A stretch of DNA of 24,976 nucleotides from Candidatus Odinarchaeia archaeon. Lineage in GTDB: Archaea; Asgardarchaeota; Odinarchaeia; Odinarchaeales; Odinarchaeaceae. A program made the position numbers and the translations under genes. Of the stretch, positions 17,195 to 24,976 are shown one piece after another (position 1 is the stretch's first letter; each line of letters opens with the position of its first letter). The stretch lies in the NCBI GenBank assembly GCA_029856525.1, contig JAHQXC010000010.1:1-24976 (forward strand), in the 5' to 3' direction. The notes under the pieces are model-generated. The model was given only the letters and a program-made list of their open reading frames with translations. It ran no database searches and was not told where the DNA came from.

Positions 17195-17222
17195 TTGAAA
17201 ATAAATTAAATAAAGTAAAAAA
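17195..17222 (-). terminator. Possible U-rich terminator downstream of rpl15e
   Basis: TTTTTTACTTTATTTAATTTATTTT on the minus strand just after the stop codon. Confidence 0.3.
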
Positions 17223-17231
17223 TATTCTACT

Positions 17232-17786
17232 CTATCTTACTTTTTCAGCTCCAGTACCTTTATTTAAGAGACCTCGGGCGCGTTTGCCAGCGCTTGTTAA
17301 ACCTCTGTAAACTCTGCCTTTATGCGGTGCTCTCGCAATCCAATTTATTTTCTCATCGTTTAAAATAGACGGGTGGCTTCTATCAACTAAAATCACTTCA
17401 AACCACTTATGTTCACCGTCTTGGCCAACCCAGTATGAGTTTAAAACCTCCATGTTAGGGTATTTTCTAGCCGCTCTCTCCTCAGCAATCCATTGAAGAT
17501 TCTTTTTAGGAGTTAATTTTTTAAACCCCATTTTACGCGGCTTCCTACCTGCTTTAGGCCTCTCCCTTCTCAAAGCACCTCTTCTAACTTTAACTCTAAC
17601 TATTATATAGCCCTGCTTAGCCCTGTAACCTAATGCTCTAGCTCTATCTAACCTAGTTGGATTTTCAACACGAACCACTGATGGTTCACGCCGCCATGAT
17701 ATCAATCTCTCCCTCATCAATTCTTTAAACGCGGGGTCACTGGTTTTCTTCCAGAATTCACTTATATATGTATAACTTCCACCCAT
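17232..17786 (-). CDS. rpl15e: 50S ribosomal protein L15e (eL15)
   Basis: [47 protein letters not shown]; ATG 17786 follows GAGGTG by 6 nt. Confidence 0.98.
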   Translation of the reverse strand: MGGSYTYISEFWKKTSDPAFKELMRERLISWRREPSVVRVENPTRLDRARALGYRAKQGYIIVRVKVRRGALRRERPKAGRKPRKMGFKKLTPKKNLQWIAEERAARKYPNMEVLNSYWVGQDGEHKWFEVILVDRSHPSILNDEKINWIARAPHKGRVYRGLTSAGKRARGLLNKGTGAEKVR

Positions 17787-17799
17787 ATACTCCACCTCT

Positions 17800-17852
17800 T
17801 AACGGTTCCGCCTTAACAGGCTACATCCCAAGGGTTCACTTAACATTTAACA
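17800..17852 (-). promoter_or_regulatory. Candidate structured 5' leader of rpl15e
   Basis: GC-rich island GTGAACCCTTGGGATGTAGCCTGTTAAGGCGGAACC in an AT-rich spacer, directly upstream of the SD; BRE/TATA-like GAAAAA-TTAATTAA further upstream. Confidence 0.4.
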
Positions 17853-17903
17853 TATTAAGCTTCACAGCTAACAATGAATACTTCTTAATTAATTTTTCGT
17901 TTT

Positions 17904-18848
17904 TTAAGCTTTTAGTATTGAAATAATTTTTTCAGCTATTATCATACCAGCCTTCCTCTGAGATTCAATAGTTGAAGCCCCTATATGAGGGGTACACAAG
18001 GTTTTAGGATGCTCTACAAGGTTTTTAGAAACCCCTGTGATAGGCGGTTCGACCTCGTAAACATCTAAGCCGGCTCCAGCTACCTTCCCGTTGTTAAGAT
18101 TATTTAAAAGAGCGTTTTCATCTATAACCCCGCCTCTAGAAGTGTTAATTATAATCACACCCGTCTTCATTAAGTCGAACTCCCTTTCACCTATAAGTTT
18201 TTTTGTTGCAGGCAGAAGGGGTACGTGAACTGTTATAATATCAGCTTTCTTCAGCATATCATGCAGCTGAGTTTTATCAGGCCCGTATATGTTAAAGCCT
18301 TCCGCTTTAGCCTTCACAAGAGAGGCTTCAGCGACGTCGTAAACGTGAACATTCATGCCGAATGCTTTAGCTCTTAACGCTACCTGTCTCCCTATATTCC
18401 CGTATCCGATGATAGCGAGGTTTTTACCGTGTAATTCAAAACCTGAAAGCTGTTTTTTAATCCATTCCCCTGATTTAAGTTTACTAGAAGCTAGACATAA
18501 CTGTCTTGCTATACCAAGCATTAAAGCAAAAACAAGTTCACAGACAGCGATGGAAGGGGCTTCAGGAGCGTTTAAAACAGTGATATTCCTCTCTCTGGCG
18601 GCTTCAACATCTATGTTATCTAGTCCAACACCGGCGCGTGCGATTATCTTCAAATTTTCACCTGCTTCAATCACGGCTCTATCAACTTTACTACGACTTC
18701 TAACTATCAGAACATCGTACACAGAGATGTTTTTGACAAGATCCTGATGCGAATACTCTGCTACATCTACTTGAAACCCTTGAGATCTTAAAAGATTCAC
18801 AGCTTCGCTATCTATTTCATCATTCACTAGTATCTTTAATTTAACCAC
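17904..18848 (-). CDS. serA: D-3-phosphoglycerate dehydrogenase-like D-2-hydroxyacid dehydrogenase, no ACT domain
   Basis: VRSRSKV, IARAGVGLDNID, IIGYGNIG, INTSRGGVIDE, LDVYEVEP, TPHIGAST. Confidence 0.82.
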   Translation of the reverse strand: MVKLKILVNDEIDSEAVNLLRSQGFQVDVAEYSHQDLVKNISVYDVLIVRSRSKVDRAVIEAGENLKIIARAGVGLDNIDVEAARERNITVLNAPEAPSIAVCELVFALMLGIARQLCLASSKLKSGEWIKKQLSGFELHGKNLAIIGYGNIGRQVALRAKAFGMNVHVYDVAEASLVKAKAEGFNIYGPDKTQLHDMLKKADIITVHVPLLPATKKLIGEREFDLMKTGVIIINTSRGGVIDENALLNNLNNGKVAGAGLDVYEVEPPITGVSKNLVEHPKTLCTPHIGASTIESQRKAGMIIAEKIISILKA

Positions 18849-19012
18849 CCTCCTTTCATCTAAAATAATGGTTTAATCGTTATCATGTTAAAAATATGAT
18901 AAAAATTTTCTCATATTTGTGAAGTAAGCTATCATCCACATGTTTTTAAATACTCTTAGTGTCTAACCGTTATTAGTATATTTTTCGAGTGGAAGCGTCT
19001 AGTGGTGGTTTA

Positions 19013-20218
19013 ATGTTAATCGGTATTGTAGGTAAGCCTTCAGCTGGGAAAAGCCAGTTTTTAAATGCAGCTTGTATGACATCTGTTAAAACAGCGGATT
19101 ATCCTTTCACCACTATTGAACCTAATTTAGGCACAGCTTATGTGAGACATAAATGTTTGTGTAAAGAGCTTAACGTGAAAGATAACCCGCGTAACTCTAT
19201 ATGTATTAATGGAGTCCGGCTTATCCCTATAAGTTTACTAGACGTAGCTGGGCTTGTACCAGACGCTTGGAAGGGGCGTGGACTAGGGAATAAATTTTTA
19301 GATGATCTTAGACGCGCGGACGCGCTTATACATGTCGTTGACGCTTCAGGTTCATTAGACGAGGAGGGGAGACCGGTTGAAGCCGGTTCATGGGATCCAG
19401 TTAAAGATATAGAATTCCTGGAAAAAGAGATAACAATGTGGATGCTTCAAATAATTAAAAGAGACTGGTCTAAGCTTTCGCGGACAGCTGTTATGTGTAA
19501 GAAGAGCTTTCTAGATATATTAAGTGAGAGATTAGCCGGTTTAGGTATAACTAAATCGCATATATTAACCGCCTGTAATAAGATTGGAGTGAACATAGAG
19601 AAAGCGGATAAGTGGAGTGAAGAAGATATTTACAAGTTTATAGACCAGTTGAGGATTATTTCTAAACCTATGGTTTTAGCTTTAAACAAAATTGATAAAC
19701 CAACCGCTAAAAAACATGTTGAGAGACTCCTAAAAATATTCCCTAACGCGATCCCTGTGTGCGCGCTAGCTGAATATTTTCTCAGACAACTAGCCGAGAA
19801 AAATATAATAAAATACATTCCAGGGGATAGAGACTTCACTATTCTAAAATCCGAAGTATTATCTGAAAACGATAAAAAAATTTTAGAGCGGATTAAAACG
19901 GATATATTAGAAGTTTACGGGAGCACGGGTGTCCAGCAAGTCTTAGATAAAATAGTGTTTGAAGTATTAGGTTTAATAGCAGTTTACCCTGTAGAGGATG
20001 TTAAAAATTACTGCGATCATAATAATCTAGTCTTACCTGACGTGTATCTTGTACCTAAAGGAACAACAGCCAGGCAGCTAGCTTATATGATACACACTGA
20101 TTTAGGAGACGGTTTCATCTATGCAGTCGACGGTAGAACGAAGCAGCGGTTAGCGGAAAACTATGAGTTAAAAGACGGGGATGTAATTAAAATAGTCAGC
20201 GCTAAATCTCTTAAATAA
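19013..20218 (+). CDS. OBG-family translation-associated GTPase (archaeal YchF/Ygr210-like) with C-terminal TGS domain
   Basis: G1 GKPSAGKS, YPFTTIEPN, DVAGLV, G4 NKID, TGS AYMIHTDLGDGFIYA...LKDGDVIKI; ATG 19013 after GGTGG. Confidence 0.9.
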   Translation: MLIGIVGKPSAGKSQFLNAACMTSVKTADYPFTTIEPNLGTAYVRHKCLCKELNVKDNPRNSICINGVRLIPISLLDVAGLVPDAWKGRGLGNKFLDDLRRADALIHVVDASGSLDEEGRPVEAGSWDPVKDIEFLEKEITMWMLQIIKRDWSKLSRTAVMCKKSFLDILSERLAGLGITKSHILTACNKIGVNIEKADKWSEEDIYKFIDQLRIISKPMVLALNKIDKPTAKKHVERLLKIFPNAIPVCALAEYFLRQLAEKNIIKYIPGDRDFTILKSEVLSENDKKILERIKTDILEVYGSTGVQQVLDKIVFEVLGLIAVYPVEDVKNYCDHNNLVLPDVYLVPKGTTARQLAYMIHTDLGDGFIYAVDGRTKQRLAENYELKDGDVIKIVSAKSLK

Positions 20219-20228
20219 GTTTAGGAGG

Positions 20229-20543
20229 CTACCTGTAAACTTTTTCATAATAACCCCACTCTTTTTTAGGGCCTAAAGACCGTATACCGTTAGCTTTAAT
20301 CTGCTGTCTAAGGTCGTCTGCTATTCTCTTCTCAAGCTCGCCTCTTCTCTCAAGGTAATCGATAATCTCTAAACCCTGTTCATCAGTATCGCATCGACGT
20401 AGAAAACTGAAAACATCAGGGTTAATAAGCTCGTCTCTTACAAGGTCACTCCATCGGATACCGCCGACCTGGTAGACGGCTTGATTAGATTTAATCTCTT
20501 CAAATAGCTTAGGAAACTTTTTTCTAAAATATTCTTCTTCCAA
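20229..20543 (-). CDS. DUF2095 family archaeal protein
   Basis: FRKKFPKL...FLRRCDTDEQGLEIIDYLERRGEL...GIRSLGPKKEWGYY. Confidence 0.8.
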   Translation of the reverse strand: MEEEYFRKKFPKLFEEIKSNQAVYQVGGIRWSDLVRDELINPDVFSFLRRCDTDEQGLEIIDYLERRGELEKRIADDLRQQIKANGIRSLGPKKEWGYYEKVYR

Positions 20544-20724
20544 TAGATAACCCGCCTGTTAATAATTTTAAAACATGAAGTCTACTAATCCTAAAAATAG
20601 TTTTTTAAAAATATAATTCTATCTATTAACGTGAAGTCTGCAGCTTAAAATCGTAGGCTTAATATAAGCGTGATTGCAGGTTAGCCTAATTTTAAAAATA
20701 TATGAAAGCTAGCTGAAGTTAACA

Positions 20725-22233
20725 CTATATTTTTATAAAATCCCATGGAAGGGTTCTATCAGTCATCTCATTTAGGAATAAATCTTCGTTAAATTTAAAT
20801 TTCTCCACGGTTTTCCTCCAAGCAAGCCATGTACCCCCGGATTTAACAGCGGCCTCCAGAATATCGCCTACACTACAGTCGCCTCTAGACAATACGGTTT
20901 GAATAACTGCGAATCTAACATCATAAGACCGCACATTATAACCTGTTTTTCTAAGATTTTTTAAAAGAAGGTTTTCCCGTTTAATTAATTCTTTAAAAGG
21001 CATTTGAGGTTTACGCTGAAAAGGAGTGTGAGGCTTAGGTATAAAAGGGGTTAAGTTAACTGTAATATCTTTTTTCCTAAACCCTTTCGATGAAATTTCA
21101 TCCACTAAATCCTTTATTTTAAGAACCTCTTCAATTGTTTCAGATGGGAGCCCATACATAAAATACAGTTTTATTTTATTCAACCCGCCGAGTTTAATTT
21201 TCTCCACGGAGGTTAACACGTCCCCTATTGTTAAATCTTTATTTAAGTATTCTAAAAGCCGATCGGAGGCGGCTTCAGGGGCTATTGTAACGCTTTGCTC
21301 ACCCGACTCCTTAATTAATTTAATAACCTCAACTGTTACACGATCCGCGCGTAGGGATGGAGTTACAGTGTATATTTTATTCTCTACAATAAATTTTAGA
21401 AGTTCTAATAGATTAGAGTAATCTGAGAAAGCGGATGAAATTATGGATATACGATTCCTAGAAGTTTTATTAACACCATCCAAAATAATTTCTTTAAGTT
21501 TTTGTAAGCTTCTCTCCCTGTAAGGAGGGGTCTGACAGCCGATAAGACAGAAATTACATCTTCTAGTGCAGCCTCTTGAAATCTCAACCATGAAACTTGC
21601 CCCGAAGGCTATAGGATGCCTACCATGTAACCCTGTGACAGCTGGCAGAACCTGGCTGGTTGGGTATGGGAGTACATCTAGGTTAGGAGACCAGGCTCTT
21701 TTAACAGTTTCATCCTTCATTATAGAAGGGATGAACGCGCCTGGAATATTTTTGAAAGCTTCTAAATCTTTAGAGTCGATATAGGATAGTATAGCTTTTT
21801 TTAAAGCTGAGAATACAGGCTCAACTTCACCGATTATAAACACGTCTATGAAAGGTGTTAAAGGGAGAGGGTTCTCGGTAACGCATGGCCCTCCTGCTAT
21901 AATTAAAGGACCGTTTAATCGATTAGCTGCACGTGGTTCAATACCGGTGTCTAACAGTGTTTTAATAAAATTAAAGTAGTCGTTTTCATACTGAAAAGTC
22001 ACACAGATTATTTTAAAATCGGATAGCCTCGCCCCCTCCTCCATAGAAGTATAAGGCGGGCTGCTATAGAATCGCTGACAGTAGAATTCATTCTCAGAAT
22101 TGAAGAGCATATACAATATTTGAATAGCTAAAGATTCAACACCTGACTGGTATTTGTTAGGGTATAGTAAAGCTATATTTACTAGTTTCCTACTATATTT
22201 TTTCCGGATAACATTAACTTCTCTAGTTGACAA
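20725..22233 (-). CDS. Radical SAM protein with B12-binding-like N-terminal domain (TIGR03960/COG1032-like)
   Basis: EISRGCTRRCNFC (CxxxCxxC), GGPCVTENP, TIAPEAASDRL, YFMYGLPSET, PFIPKPHTPFQ. Confidence 0.88.
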   Translation of the reverse strand: MSTREVNVIRKKYSRKLVNIALLYPNKYQSGVESLAIQILYMLFNSENEFYCQRFYSSPPYTSMEEGARLSDFKIICVTFQYENDYFNFIKTLLDTGIEPRAANRLNGPLIIAGGPCVTENPLPLTPFIDVFIIGEVEPVFSALKKAILSYIDSKDLEAFKNIPGAFIPSIMKDETVKRAWSPNLDVLPYPTSQVLPAVTGLHGRHPIAFGASFMVEISRGCTRRCNFCLIGCQTPPYRERSLQKLKEIILDGVNKTSRNRISIISSAFSDYSNLLELLKFIVENKIYTVTPSLRADRVTVEVIKLIKESGEQSVTIAPEAASDRLLEYLNKDLTIGDVLTSVEKIKLGGLNKIKLYFMYGLPSETIEEVLKIKDLVDEISSKGFRKKDITVNLTPFIPKPHTPFQRKPQMPFKELIKRENLLLKNLRKTGYNVRSYDVRFAVIQTVLSRGDCSVGDILEAAVKSGGTWLAWRKTVEKFKFNEDLFLNEMTDRTLPWDFIKI

Positions 22234-22250
22234 GCCGGCTCCCCGGGTAA

Positions 22251-23525
22251 TTATTTACGAGGTTTCTTAAGAAATACGGCTATCGCGGCGATGATTATAA
22301 CTATTATACCTCCTATACCGATATATTCAACTGGGAGACTGGGTGAAGGTGTTAACTGTTCAGCTACACTCCAATCATAATTGAATATTTCAAGATAGAA
22401 TTGCGCTATATCCCGGCTTTCAATGATTACACCAGCCTCTCGGTTTTGAGTTAATGATTCATAAGACCAGTTAATGCTTGAAATTAAAACCTTCTCACCG
22501 TCGACTATCACACCCTTATTATGGCAGAATTCGAATAAACTCTTATTCGAGAATGCTACAGGTATAGAATTATTTAAGAAATAGTTAACTGAAGCATTAT
22601 TACTTGAAGTTGTAGGCTCCTCCACTATTACTCTAACGGATACGCCTCTTCTAGAAGCAGCTACAACCGCTTCGACCAGTGGGTTCACGGTTTCACTGGT
22701 ATCCCAATCTAGTTTAATGTATGCTTGCTGTATTTCCAGTGTTTTAGTAGCAGAGTTTATAAGTTGTAGAATCGCGTCAAGAGAGTTTTCAGGGGAGAAG
22801 ATGGGGGTGATCTTCATATAAGTGTTGAATGTTTCAGCTGGAAAATTAACAGAGTATCTTCCAGAACTGGCACTTGGAGAGAAAGAATTATAAAACTGGC
22901 CGTAAGTTGGTTCAGAGATTATAAGATCACTGTAGAAGATATTTATAAATTCATTAACCACTCTCAGATCGTTTATGACTATACCCCACTCCCTGTTCCC
23001 GTAACTTGTTATTTTCGGTACTCCTGTTTTAGCAAAATTACAGCTTTGAACTAGAACAGTCTTATTATCTATTATAATAAATTTAGCGTGACTGTAATCG
23101 TATTTAGTAGTATTCGCCCAGTATAAGTGTAGGTTAGCTGATGTTTCATTAGCCTTTCTAGAAAGCTGCCATAGCGCGCTTCTAGTATTAGTTGTCTCAG
23201 AGGGGGATGCATGCCGATCGCATGCGATTATATTTATTTTAATAGACGGATTTCTATCCATCGTATCGTTTAAAATTTTAACCAGGTCATAATGGCTTAT
23301 CGCATATATCATTATGTCAATTTCCTGCGCTGCACTGTTCAAGTGTTTAGTTAAAACCTGGTATGATGAGTCTGGGGAACTATAACATGTAACATTGACG
23401 ACGCCGGTGTATTGCCCTAATAGAATAGAAGGGGATTGAGCGGATAGAGGAGTGTTGAAGCTAATAATCTGAGGGGCTACTAGGAATACTGAAATGAGAA
23501 AAAGTACAATCCATTTTCTATTCAA
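22251..23525 (-). CDS. Phospholipase D superfamily protein, secreted and C-terminally membrane-anchored
   Basis: Signal peptide MNRKWIVLFLISVFLVA; two HKD motifs HAKFIIID and HNKGVIVD; SINW; Pro/Ser linker; TM IGIGGIIVIIIAAIAVFL followed by KKPRK. Confidence 0.9.
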   Translation of the reverse strand: MNRKWIVLFLISVFLVAPQIISFNTPLSAQSPSILLGQYTGVVNVTCYSSPDSSYQVLTKHLNSAAQEIDIMIYAISHYDLVKILNDTMDRNPSIKINIIACDRHASPSETTNTRSALWQLSRKANETSANLHLYWANTTKYDYSHAKFIIIDNKTVLVQSCNFAKTGVPKITSYGNREWGIVINDLRVVNEFINIFYSDLIISEPTYGQFYNSFSPSASSGRYSVNFPAETFNTYMKITPIFSPENSLDAILQLINSATKTLEIQQAYIKLDWDTSETVNPLVEAVVAASRRGVSVRVIVEEPTTSSNNASVNYFLNNSIPVAFSNKSLFEFCHNKGVIVDGEKVLISSINWSYESLTQNREAGVIIESRDIAQFYLEIFNYDWSVAEQLTPSPSLPVEYIGIGGIIVIIIAAIAVFLKKPRK

Positions 23526-23598
23526 TTTTTAACCCTCAAATTTTAATATTCACTGTTTTATATTTTTTATTTAAGCATTATTATTTAATCCACTGTGA

Positions 23599-23604
23599 TT
23601 TAAA
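23599..23604 (+). promoter_or_regulatory. TATA box (TTTAAA) of the orphan gene, leaderless
   Basis: 28 nt upstream of ATG 23627; no SD. Confidence 0.4.
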
Positions 23605-23626
23605 CCGGTTACATGGGTGCTATAAT

Positions 23627-24115
23627 ATGCCTATTAGAATGAATTATATTCTACAGCCAGGGGTTCACGTGAAAGATAAAATAAACTGTTTAAAAGAGAA
23701 ACTTAAATTGAATGTTAGAAGTGAAGGAGAGGAGGGTTCTCTTATTCTTAGAAATGAAGAAAGAACTGTGAGAGTGGACTTACAGGTTGTTCAAGGTGAT
23801 GATTACACAATATCCTATAATTTGCAGGTTTCCCTAGAAAAAGAGGAGTATTTAGACGTGGTTTTAGCCTGTCTCGGAGAACCTTCTGAGACAAGAGTTT
23901 CAAAGCCAACTATTCTAGATGTATGCAATATTATAGTTTCTAACCATAACCAGAGTTTAAACGATCTTATAAAACGAGTAAAGGCGAAGTTTAATCTCTC
24001 CGACTTGGAGGTTAAAGATTATTTTAAGAGGATCAGCACTTTACCAAGCACCGGGAGCATACCGGAGAATGTTAAAGAAGCTGTTAAAATAATAAAAAAA
24101 TTAAATGAAATCTAA
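23627..24115 (+). CDS. Hypothetical protein, possibly an alpha/beta N-domain plus a C-terminal HTH-like domain
   Basis: 162-aa ORF filling the space between known genes, own TATA box, typical codon style. Confidence 0.7.
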   Translation: MPIRMNYILQPGVHVKDKINCLKEKLKLNVRSEGEEGSLILRNEERTVRVDLQVVQGDDYTISYNLQVSLEKEEYLDVVLACLGEPSETRVSKPTILDVCNIIVSNHNQSLNDLIKRVKAKFNLSDLEVKDYFKRISTLPSTGSIPENVKEAVKIIKKLNEI

Positions 24116-24184
24116 TGATATTAGCTGAAAAAATAGTAGACGCTTTCACCGAAGCCTGCTTACTTTAACTTATAAACGGTTGGT

Positions 24185-24976
24185 TTAAGGATTCCAATCA
24201 GTTAAAGAGTAATCCAGCTTCACGTTAACTAGCTTGTATGGTGGTATATCCTCCCAGACTGTAATGTTTGGTGCTATAGCGCTTCCCGGCCCTATCTTAA
24301 CACCAGGCATTATATTGACTCCTATCCCTGTTTTAACATTGTCTCCTATAATCGCTCCGAGTTTTCTAAGACCTGAATCAGTTTTAACACCGTCAATATT
24401 CATTTTAACAGGTTTATTATCAAACCTTAGGTTAGCTATCTTAGTTCCAGCTCCAAAATTAACATTAAACCCTATGATGCTATCCCCTACATAGGAGAGG
24501 TGGCCTATGTGGGTGCCATCTAAGATGATACTGTTTTTAATCTCGCACGCATTACCTATGCGGACACGTCTACCTATATATGTGACAGGGCGAATATAGC
24601 AGTTAGGGCCAATATCAGCGTCCTCATCTATCATAACAGGGCCTTCAATATAGGAGCCGGAGCGGATAATAGCTCCTTTACCTACTATAACTTTACCTTT
24701 AATATGCGCGCCCTCCTCTATTACCCCATTATTTAAGGCGGCTGAATTGCTGATAATATAACGGTTAGCCTCTAATAAATCCCAGGGGCGGCCTATATCA
24801 ATCCACCATGAAGATACCTCGTAGGGGATGATTTTTTTAGACTCGGCGATAGCGAGTTTTAAAGTAGAGGTTATCTCATACTCGCCTCTCTTTGATAAGG
24901 GGGTTCTTCTTATAAAATCGAAGACCTCGCTTTCAAAGCACATAACACCGATGCTTATAAGATTAGAGAAAACCTC
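24185..24976 (-). CDS. glmU: Bifunctional sugar-1-phosphate nucleotidylyltransferase/acetyltransferase (archaeal GlmU-like), 5'-truncated by the window
   Basis: Frame open to the window edge (EVFSNLISIGVMCFE); LSKRGEYEIT, WIDIGRPWDLL, hexapeptide repeats, HLSYVGDSIIG, RKLGAIIGD. Confidence 0.88.
   Translation of the reverse strand, partial: EVFSNLISIGVMCFESEVFDFIRRTPLSKRGEYEITSTLKLAIAESKKIIPYEVSSWWIDIGRPWDLLEANRYIISNSAALNNGVIEEGAHIKGKVIVGKGAIIRSGSYIEGPVMIDEDADIGPNCYIRPVTYIGRRVRIGNACEIKNSIILDGTHIGHLSYVGDSIIGFNVNFGAGTKIANLRFDNKPVKMNIDGVKTDSGLRKLGAIIGDNVKTGIGVNIMPGVKIGPGSAIAPNITVWEDIPPYKLVNVKLDYSLTDWNP

Noticed and set aside
20725-22233. Direct call as GDGT ring synthase or tetraether synthase
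   Set aside because: Motifs fit the TIGR03960-like family; no specific Grs/Tes signature is recognisable by eye.
18355-24494. ORFs 18355-18747, 19630-19839, 21566-21784, 24234-24494
   Set aside because: Antisense shadows of serA, the GTPase, the radical SAM gene and glmU.
1-24976. Mobile elements, defence systems, rRNA/tRNA genes
   Set aside because: No transposase, integrase, terminal inverted repeats with target duplications, toxin-antitoxin or RNA-gene signatures found.

Overview
AT-rich, gene-dense archaeal core-genome window with GAGGTG/AGGTG Shine-Dalgarno sites, TATA/BRE promoters and many GTG/TTG starts. Gene content and style fit a TACK/Asgard archaeon; Odinarchaeia is my guess and is unverified. 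The centre is a 14.3-kb run of 22 co-oriented minus-strand genes built around the known exosome/proteasome/RNase P superoperon: serA, rpl15e, DUF54, rnp3, rnp2, psmA, sdo1, rrp4, rrp41, rrp42, rpl37ae, Brix, pcc1, pfdB, DUF3194, DHH, then ecfA1/ecfA2/ecfT, a purine PRTase, cgi121 and a THUMP protein. The left flank has a MenA-like prenyltransferase, an unusual short polyprenyl-PP synthase, a stand-alone Lrp ligand-binding domain, acdA and tsaC. The right flank has an OBG-family GTPase, DUF2095, a radical SAM enzyme, a membrane-anchored secreted PLD, an orphan and a partial GlmU. I see no mobile element, CRISPR array, tRNA or rRNA. The most striking unexplained signal is the 381-bp gap between rnp2 and psmA, which holds four consecutive stem-loops; one carries C/D-box/K-loop motifs and is a probable unannotated L7Ae-binding sRNA. 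A candidate structured leader also lies upstream of rpl15e.
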